A DNA stretch of 64,000 nt from Parvicellaceae bacterium (lineage in GTDB: Bacteria; Bacteroidota; Bacteroidia; Flavobacteriales_D; JAUILH01): NCBI GenBank assembly GCA_965230535.1, contig OZ246010.1, positions 2,202,792-2,266,791 of the forward strand, given 5' to 3'. Positions 54,664-61,710 of the stretch are shown piece after piece. Under the pieces are notes generated by a model that saw nothing but the letters and a program-made list of their open reading frames with translations, ran no database searches and was not told the origin of the DNA. Within the stretch, counting starts at the first letter, position 1. Each line of letters opens with the position of its first letter. The position numbers and the translations under genes are program-made.

Positions 54664-55167
54664 TTATGGATGCTGCATTTTCTTCAGCTTTCTTGGATGC
54701 GGCTTTCCTCTTTCCACAAAGTATTTCAGTTCTTCAAGGAGTTCATTAAAACTCTTTTTGATAAGTGGTCTGATCATGAATGAAAGGAGTTTTCCCTTCA
54801 ACGACATGGTAAAATCAGATGCCCAGGTCACTTTAGTTGTGTATGGGTCCACTGAAGTTAGACTCACTACAGCATTGTTTTCTTTAACCGGAATACTCCT
54901 GTTTTTTGGAACCACGCGAATCTTTAAAACTTTATTAATCTCATCGTAACCCGTTATGGTCTCGTCGGCAATTGGGCCATTGGCTTTAGTACTTAATTCG
55001 CATACTCTTCCTGACATTGGAGAATCCGGAACATCTGTATCTTCTTCTTTTCTATATGATTTAGGAACTTGGGACAACCAGTCTCCCACTTTATCAAAGT
55101 CTTCGGCCAGCACTTTCCAAATGTTTTGAGCGGGCACATTGATGACGATACTATTGGTCGTTTTCAT
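54664..55167 (-). CDS. SRPBCC (START/polyketide cyclase-like) superfamily protein
   Basis: 167 aa. The N-terminal I.INVPAQNIWKVLAEDFDKVGDW pattern is typical of the family. Confidence 0.6.
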   Translation of the reverse strand: MKTTNSIVINVPAQNIWKVLAEDFDKVGDWLSQVPKSYRKEEDTDVPDSPMSGRVCELSTKANGPIADETITGYDEINKVLKIRVVPKNRSIPVKENNAVVSLTSVDPYTTKVTWASDFTMSLKGKLLSFMIRPLIKKSFNELLEELKYFVERGKPHPRKLKKMQHP

Positions 55168-55183
55168 AATTTCTAAGTTTTGA

Positions 55184-55762
55184 TTAGTGATACTGTTTTC
55201 TAATTGTTTTTGAATTGTCCTTATTTACCGCCTCTCCTGTGGTCACATAATGTTCAACAAAAGCCGCATGATCGCCAATGATCTTTTTGAATTTACCCTT
55301 GGCCATGGCACCCATAAACGCAGGTTTGGTTCTATAGGTCATGTCTATCGTTAATTGACTTGTGTGCTTGTCAAGCTCAGTTACCTTGTAAACAGCATTG
55401 GTATATTCTGGCACTGTAGGTACTCCCGAGCTGCTGTAAATTTGAGCTTTAAAGGTTCTGTTCTCCGGGTCGTATTCAAGTTGTTTTTCCTTGACATATT
55501 TGGTGCCCTCATCATTTAGATTGCAAACACGCTCACAACCTTCTCCGCTTTCTGTACTGCCATTTACATAATTGGAACTCACAATCCCGCCATGGTATTT
55601 GGCAACATCAGCATAACCTTCTCCTACAACAGCCCAAACACTATCTGCAGAGGCATGAATGGTTCTTGAAACCGTGAAGCTTTGCACTTTTTTTTGTGCA
55701 AGAGAACTAAAACTGATTAGAGACATGGCAACCAGCAAACCTTTTTTATACATCTTTTTCAT
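55184..55762 (-). CDS. secreted SRPBCC superfamily protein
   Basis: Signal peptide MKKMYKKGLLVAMSLISFSSLAQ, then TIHASADSVWAVVGEGYADVAKYH. Paralogous in architecture to the downstream gene. Confidence 0.6.
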   Translation of the reverse strand: MKKMYKKGLLVAMSLISFSSLAQKKVQSFTVSRTIHASADSVWAVVGEGYADVAKYHGGIVSSNYVNGSTESGEGCERVCNLNDEGTKYVKEKQLEYDPENRTFKAQIYSSSGVPTVPEYTNAVYKVTELDKHTSQLTIDMTYRTKPAFMGAMAKGKFKKIIGDHAAFVEHYVTTGEAVNKDNSKTIRKQYH

Positions 55763-55847
55763 TGTTATATCTGTTTTTGTTTCACACAACAAAATTGAGA
55801 TATAGAAAAAGGAAGCTTTTGGACAAAAAGACCAAAAAATTGTAAAA

Positions 55848-56699
55848 TTAGCTCAGCTGCTTTTTTCGGTATTCTGAAGGAGAAAGCTTATAAAAAGCGT
55901 TGAAGGCTTTCGAAAAATAAGCCAGGTCGTTAAAACCGCAATCAAAAGCAATGTCGGAGACCCTTTGATTGGTTGTAATCAGCAGATTCTCGGCTTTCTC
56001 TAAACGCTTAAGCTTAATGTATTGGGCTGGACTCGTTCCAAAGATTTGCTTGAATTTTCGTTTAAATGACGAGAGACTCAGATTCGTGAAAAAAGCCAGA
56101 TCACTTACACTCAAGTCTTCATATAAGTGAGCGTGTATGATGTCTTTAAAACCATATTCGTTCAGAACAAACAGGTTGTTTAGAATGGACTTTAGGCGGC
56201 CCTGACTATCTGAGTTGAGTAAAATTTGTACCAGTTCCCGGAATTTGATTTTGAGTAGATCTTCCGTCATCATCTCAGGATTATTAAAGTAATACCTGAG
56301 GCTATTGACATAATGTGTGATCATATCATTACACTCAATTTTTTCTACAGGAGATGAATGATCAATGGTTTTTGGAGAAGAGAAAACACCCGGCATATCG
56401 TGAGCGTATACCTCTTTTAAAAGGGCTGGCACAAAACGAATAACGATGACTTCAGTGGCTTCTCCATCTTTGTTTTTTGACCAGGAGTTTACAAAGCTTT
56501 CGCATTTCATAATGAAACTGTCCGTTTTCCTGAGGTCTATTTTTTGATTGGGAACATAGAGCTTAGAGTTGCCATTGACCACATGTACAAAACGTGCTTC
56601 ATTGTGCATGATCTGGCTGGCTTTGTAGGGAGGTTCAAAGCTTGTTCGGCCCATGATTACTTCCCCATGAAAATCAAAATCCTGTCGGTCAAAAACCAT
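55848..56699 (-). CDS. AraC-family transcriptional regulator
   Basis: C-terminal double HTH: LSVSDLAFFTNLSLSSFKRKFKQIFGTSPAQY ... VSDIAFDCGFNDLAYFSKAFNAFYKLSPSEYR. Confidence 0.88.
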   Translation of the reverse strand: MVFDRQDFDFHGEVIMGRTSFEPPYKASQIMHNEARFVHVVNGNSKLYVPNQKIDLRKTDSFIMKCESFVNSWSKNKDGEATEVIVIRFVPALLKEVYAHDMPGVFSSPKTIDHSSPVEKIECNDMITHYVNSLRYYFNNPEMMTEDLLKIKFRELVQILLNSDSQGRLKSILNNLFVLNEYGFKDIIHAHLYEDLSVSDLAFFTNLSLSSFKRKFKQIFGTSPAQYIKLKRLEKAENLLITTNQRVSDIAFDCGFNDLAYFSKAFNAFYKLSPSEYRKKQLS

Positions 56700-56741
56700 A
56701 ATGCCAATTTAAGAAAGTCTGACCAAAAATGTAGAGCATGC

Positions 56742-58697
56742 TTACTGAGGAATTCTAACTCCGCCTTGTTTCATGAGTTCTTTCCAGATTTGGCGAGCGG
56801 TCTTTTTGGCTTCTTTCTTTAGAGCGTCTTTAACCGGATTGAAATGATATTGCTGTGAAGTGAAGTCACAACTTGATCGTTCTGTGTAGAATAAATCCGT
56901 TTCAAATTTTTCCTGAGTAACGTCCAAAAACTCCTTATTGGCCATATCGTATTGAGCATGTGTGAGCAGAACTCCTTTGCTATCAACAGTCATTGCAGAA
57001 GTTGCCAAATACATATCTCCGGCTGAAGCCAGAGCAGAACTCAGGTCTTCAATTCTTGAAAGCTGGTTGGCAGAAAGGTCTGTGATCAGAATCAAATGAC
57101 TGAACCTGTTCAGAGCCATACGCCGGGCTGTAATCAGGGCCCGCCGTACTCCAGGAGCAGGGCTGGTGCCTCCGCCCGTTCCATTTGCCTCTAAAAGCCG
57201 ACTTAACTCCTCGATAGTGATGCCCGACTTTTTCCCGACATAAATTTCTTTCGCCGAATTTGCAAAGGCAGTTATGGAAATAACGGCATCTTCAGGTGCT
57301 TTTTCGAAGAGATATTTTAAACTGTTGATAGCCCGGCTTTTCTCATGTTTCATGGAGCCTGAATAGTCAACTACAAAGTGGTAATTCATGGTATCCGAGA
57401 AGATCTCTGAGCATTCACATCCAATGGCGGTTTCGCTGCTGCCGTTGGTTCGATATAGTTGCGAAATCGCATGACTCAGCTCAGAGGGAGTTGTTGGAAT
57501 ATAAGATACCTGATAAGGGTCCAGACGTTCTATTTTCTTAATTTCCTTTTCAATTTGAACGATGGTCAGTCGCCTGCCATGTGTTTCGTATTGAGCCTTC
57601 ACAAGTTCTTCAATTTTAGTAGTAATCGTAAAAGCTCCATCAGAAATTAATACCATTCTGGCTGAGTCGAGTCCGTTCACTTTTAAGCTACCATAAGCTT
57701 CACTTAGACCACTCAGAACATTTGTACCACCACCAAGCTGAACGTTGGCAAGCAAACTATCCACTCTTAAGCGTGTTGCATCAGACAACTTTCCGGTAAA
57801 AAGCATCTTGGAAGAAGAAGAGAACGTAGCAAAACTCGCATGTGTCCCGTTGGGCAGGCGAGCCAGCAAATTCCGCAGATTATGGCGCAAAGAGTCGAAA
57901 AGGGCGCCTGTTTTCATAGACCCTGAAACATCCAAAGCAAATAAATAAGGTTGAATTGTTTCCTGAATACTGTCTTTAACCACTTCCGGAAGTTTTGTGG
58001 CACAATGACAATCAGTGGAGTCGTTACTTTCCAAAACAGAGAAGTTGTCGAACTGATAATACGCTTTAGATTGAAAAGCATCTAACTCAAAATAAGCCTC
58101 CATATCAAGGTCACTGATTCGAAGGCTCTTACTCTTCCCAAACTTTCCAATAGACAGAAATTTTTCACCACCGCTGGCTATATAATATCCACAGTACTTT
58201 TTCCATTTGGTGTTGATAATAGGGTCGCCACCATCCATGTACAGACTTGCCTTATAATTCTGTGGCTCAATTTGCTTAATTAGCTCCTTATCATGATGAA
58301 AAAACACACCAGCATCAGTAGCGGCCCAGCGAGATGTTCTGTGTAAAAGAGAATGAAAACAAACACAATATGCCTGCCCCTTTTTTAGTGGACTTTTGAG
58401 TTCTCCGGTTAAATACTCCAACTTGGTTTTTTCTTGTCTGCCTCCACCTAACACCAAACCAACCGCACCGGTTCCGGACTGGGCTTTGGCTACACTTTTT
58501 TTAGGCTCCACGAAATAATGAGGTGATCGTTTGTTCAAAGGACTGTACCAGTTGGGCAGCAAATACCCTGCGTTTCTGATCTCCTTTACACCGTTGGGTG
58601 TACGCTCGCCATCTTCGAAATCAGGGTTAATCACTAAGTTGGTTTGTGTGAAGCCAACAAAGGAAAACAAAAACGATATGGCCAAGAGTTGTTTCAT
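56742..58697 (-). CDS. secreted protein with an N-terminal beta-sandwich-like domain and two vWA domains
   Basis: Signal peptide and two MIDAS motifs (LDVSGSM at the first vWA, VDYSGSM at the second), each followed by GGGT(N/S). Confidence 0.8.
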   Translation of the reverse strand: MKQLLAISFLFSFVGFTQTNLVINPDFEDGERTPNGVKEIRNAGYLLPNWYSPLNKRSPHYFVEPKKSVAKAQSGTGAVGLVLGGGRQEKTKLEYLTGELKSPLKKGQAYCVCFHSLLHRTSRWAATDAGVFFHHDKELIKQIEPQNYKASLYMDGGDPIINTKWKKYCGYYIASGGEKFLSIGKFGKSKSLRISDLDMEAYFELDAFQSKAYYQFDNFSVLESNDSTDCHCATKLPEVVKDSIQETIQPYLFALDVSGSMKTGALFDSLRHNLRNLLARLPNGTHASFATFSSSSKMLFTGKLSDATRLRVDSLLANVQLGGGTNVLSGLSEAYGSLKVNGLDSARMVLISDGAFTITTKIEELVKAQYETHGRRLTIVQIEKEIKKIERLDPYQVSYIPTTPSELSHAISQLYRTNGSSETAIGCECSEIFSDTMNYHFVVDYSGSMKHEKSRAINSLKYLFEKAPEDAVISITAFANSAKEIYVGKKSGITIEELSRLLEANGTGGGTSPAPGVRRALITARRMALNRFSHLILITDLSANQLSRIEDLSSALASAGDMYLATSAMTVDSKGVLLTHAQYDMANKEFLDVTQEKFETDLFYTERSSCDFTSQQYHFNPVKDALKKEAKKTARQIWKELMKQGGVRIPQ

Positions 58698-58722
58698 GTG
58701 TCATTAATTTAAATGACAAGAT

Positions 58723-59298
58723 TTATGCCAACTGCTTGCTTATTAAGCTTTGCCAGAACGTTCTTAACTCTGGTTGATCCTTTAAAAGCGTTTTAAGATC
58801 GTCTATTTTCCAAACCAAAGCTTCAGAGTTGTCTCTATCGGATGAGATGCTTGTCTCCGTTCCGTTTTCAGGATTCACATACCCCTTTGAATTCATAAGT
58901 TGAATGTCTTCATCAATTAAAACCAGTGCCACAGAGTCAGCGTCTACCGTAAGATTAAATTTTCCGGAATTAGAAGCGGCAACGTCTATCCAGGACTTGA
59001 AAAGCTTATGATCCAAATTAGGGTCTATGCGCTGAAGGGTGTTGTATTCTTGCTCACTTAAACGAACAGGTTTTCTCGATCTAAACAGAACGAACAATTG
59101 GACAATGTTAATCAGGAAAAAAGCAACACCCCAGGCAACAGGCTGCCAAAGAGGTCCTCCCGAAACTAAAAAGTAATACCCCATTAAAGCCAGTCCGCCA
59201 ACGATTGTCAGAATTCTCAAGAGAAAAATACCGCTTACCAAATAAGAGGTGAGGTATAGTAGGTTGCCAATCAACAAAAAGATTTCAGATTTTTCCAT
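58723..59298 (-). CDS. three-TM membrane protein with C-terminal soluble domain (possibly Popeye/cNMP-binding-like)
   Basis: Three hydrophobic helices in aa 5-75, followed by FRSRKPVRLSEQEYNTLQ. See findings for the tentative resemblance. Confidence 0.5.
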   Translation of the reverse strand: MEKSEIFLLIGNLLYLTSYLVSGIFLLRILTIVGGLALMGYYFLVSGGPLWQPVAWGVAFFLINIVQLFVLFRSRKPVRLSEQEYNTLQRIDPNLDHKLFKSWIDVAASNSGKFNLTVDADSVALVLIDEDIQLMNSKGYVNPENGTETSISSDRDNSEALVWKIDDLKTLLKDQPELRTFWQSLISKQLA

Positions 59299-59300
59299 GC

Positions 59301-59876
59301 CTACGCTTTTTGTGATATAACTAGTTTTTGAACGGCCTCTACAACATCATTACTGTCCGCAATTCCTGCCACACTTTTATTTTGGAAATGAAACTGAAGC
59401 GTTCCGGTTTTATCAACCAGCAAAACGCCTCCTTGTTGCCAGTTATCGCCCTGAACTTTACTTTGCCCAATTCCTTTGGAAAAGGATCTGACATAGTCAC
59501 CGAGCGTTCTAAAACTAAAAACCGTCCAGAAAGACCGTTTCATTTCAGCTAGTTCATAAGACTTTAAACTTGGATCCGTAAATATGGAAATCCCTTTATT
59601 ATGAAGACGAAATTTATCCTTAAACCCTTCGATAAAGTTTGGAGCACCATTTCCGATAACCACCAAATTAACGCCCAGTTGGTTGAGCTCTTCAATTCTT
59701 GGAGAAATGGCGTCCATTTGAGCTGTACAACCAATGCACCCAAAGTGTCTCACAAAAACAATCAAAGCAGGTTTGTCCTTCCAAAAGGATTGAAAAATAT
59801 GCTTTTCATTGTTTTCCCCTTGGATCGACAGTTTCGATAATTCTTCGGGGATGGGCGCGTTCAATTTTAGGGGCAT
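59301..59876 (-). CDS. peroxiredoxin-like (AhpC/TSA-fold) family protein
   Basis: ALIVFVRHFGCIGC thioredoxin-fold active-site region. Starts 2 nt upstream of the next gene in the same orientation. Confidence 0.7.
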   Translation of the reverse strand: MPLKLNAPIPEELSKLSIQGENNEKHIFQSFWKDKPALIVFVRHFGCIGCTAQMDAISPRIEELNQLGVNLVVIGNGAPNFIEGFKDKFRLHNKGISIFTDPSLKSYELAEMKRSFWTVFSFRTLGDYVRSFSKGIGQSKVQGDNWQQGGVLLVDKTGTLQFHFQNKSVAGIADSNDVVEAVQKLVISQKA

Positions 59877-59955
59877 GTCAAGTGTAATTGACTAAATATA
59901 AGTAATTTAATTGACAGCCCGGAGCCCGTCTCTGATTAGGGTTTTAGAGGACCGA

Positions 59956-60942
59956 CTATTTTTGGTATTCCTTTACCACCTGATTTATTTTACCAAAAAT
60001 CGATTCTCCATTTTCGTCTTTCATCTCTATTTCGATTCTGTCTCCAAAACTCATAAAAGGTGTAGATGCTTTACCATCTCTCACAATTTCCAGGCACCTC
60101 ACTTCTGCCAAACAACTGGAGCCATCTTTGCTTCCCTGATTTGCGACAGTTCCTGAGCCAATTACGGTTCCTGCCATTAAAGAACGTGTTTTGGCGGCAT
60201 GAGCAACCAATTGTCCAAAATCAAAAGTCATATCCACTCCGGCATTGGGCGCACCAACCAGCGAGCCGTTTAGTGTTGACAGGAGTGGTAAGTGGAGTTT
60301 TCCATCTTTCCAGCTGTTTTCAATTTCGTCTGGTGTTACCACCACTGGTGCGAAACTCGTCCAGGGTTTAGACTGGTAAAACCCAAATTGTTTAGAGAGC
60401 TCACTTGGAATGAGGTTTCGTAAAGAGACATCATTGATAATGGTAATTAGCTTGATGTGGTCCAAAGCATCTTTTGAGGAAACACCTGCAGGAACATCAT
60501 CCGTAATAACAGCCACTTCAGACTCAAAGTCAATTCCCCAGTCTTCATTTTCTATTCGAATGTCATCATTGGCCCCAATAAATGCATCAGACGCCCCCAT
60601 ATACATCAAGGGGTCAGTCCAGAAAGATTCTGGTAACTCGGCATTTCTGGCTTTACGTACAAGCTCAACATGTGTCACATAAGCGCTGCCATCTGCCCAA
60701 TGGTATGCTCTTGGTATTGGTGCCATCACCCGAACACTTGAAAAATCGATGACATCATCCATTTCACCAGAATTTAATTGCTGATAAATGTGGTTTAATT
60801 GATCTTTTACTTCATGCCAACCATCCATGGCCATTTGCATAGTGTGTGCAATTTCCGGAACCTTGACCGCCTTGGTCAAGTCTTTACTAACAACAACCAA
60901 TTGCCCGTCTCTGGTTTGATTGTCTATTGAAGCTAATTTCAT
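59956..60942 (-). CDS. fumarylacetoacetate hydrolase (FAH) family protein
   Basis: C-terminal FAH fold pattern (DFESEVAVI, MTFDFGQLVAHAAKTRSLMAGTVIGSGTV). The ATG at 60940-60942 (MKLASIDN) is preferred over the track start. Confidence 0.8.
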   Translation of the reverse strand: MKLASIDNQTRDGQLVVVSKDLTKAVKVPEIAHTMQMAMDGWHEVKDQLNHIYQQLNSGEMDDVIDFSSVRVMAPIPRAYHWADGSAYVTHVELVRKARNAELPESFWTDPLMYMGASDAFIGANDDIRIENEDWGIDFESEVAVITDDVPAGVSSKDALDHIKLITIINDVSLRNLIPSELSKQFGFYQSKPWTSFAPVVVTPDEIENSWKDGKLHLPLLSTLNGSLVGAPNAGVDMTFDFGQLVAHAAKTRSLMAGTVIGSGTVANQGSKDGSSCLAEVRCLEIVRDGKASTPFMSFGDRIEIEMKDENGESIFGKINQVVKEYQK

Positions 60943-61290
60943 GTGCTTTTCTAAATTTTTTACAGCACACATAGTTACCAAAAAATGTGGTATAAGCAAT
61001 CATTTTTCTGAAGCATAAATAGATTACGCTCTGACCCTGCAACTTTGTCTTAGATAAAAATGAAAGCCACATCTACCACAATTATGGTAGAGCAAAAATA
61101 CCAGAGTTCTGGGAGGTTAAAATCACTGAATTCAGGGAGGCAAAAAATACGGTTAATAGTTAACATTGTGACAACTATAAGCCAGGAAAAGATTTCATTA
61201 AAAAGCCTTAAACAGAGGTTAACATGCCTACTGCTATTTAGCAATAGGTTTGAGATTCTGTATAACAGGATATTCAGGGCACTAAACTAA

Positions 61291-61698
61291 ATGGGTAATA
61301 CTATGCGACATTTATTATTGATACTTATGTGTTTTATGGGAGGGCTAACTGCTCAATCCCAAATTAAGGATGCTGAAGGCAACATCATGTTTGAGGTGGA
61401 TTCCTTGGGAGACGTGATGGAATTTGGCATGTCAGACATGATTCATTTTGTCGACGGCGACATTCATGATATGAACCAGGATGATTTGGCGCACATCTCA
61501 GGAGACACTTTATATGATGTTAACAATGATGTCTTAGGGCATTATAGCTCAGGAACCTTTTATGACACCAACAATGATGTATTGGGTGTGTTTACCTCTG
61601 GCCGAATAGAGGATCAGGACGGTGTATTAATAGCCACATATGTAGGTGTAGGGGAGATAGAGGCCAGCTATCTGTTGTTTTTCCATTTGATGTTTTAA
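61291..61698 (+). CDS. small secreted repeat protein (unknown function)
   Basis: Signal peptide LLLILMCFMGGLTAQSQ. Internal repeats are DTLYDVNNDVLGHYSSGTFYD, TNNDVLGVFTSGRIED and QDGVLIATYVG. Confidence 0.5.
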   Translation: MGNTMRHLLLILMCFMGGLTAQSQIKDAEGNIMFEVDSLGDVMEFGMSDMIHFVDGDIHDMNQDDLAHISGDTLYDVNNDVLGHYSSGTFYDTNNDVLGVFTSGRIEDQDGVLIATYVGVGEIEASYLLFFHLMF

Positions 61699-61710
61699 AA
61701 AGGAGTAAGG

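Noticed and set aside
59893-59900. A possible -7 promoter box (minus strand TATATTTA) upstream of the peroxiredoxin-like gene.
   Set aside because: It departs from TAnnTTTG at the conserved final G, and no -33 element was identified. That is too weak to report as a feature.
61060-61290. A 76-aa basic ORF ending exactly at the start of the small repeat-protein gene. The same region carries short GGGAGG and GTTAA repeats.
   Set aside because: It has no signal peptide, TM segment or motif, and its composition looks like translated AT-rich intergenic DNA. The short repeats are too weak to call as sites by eye.
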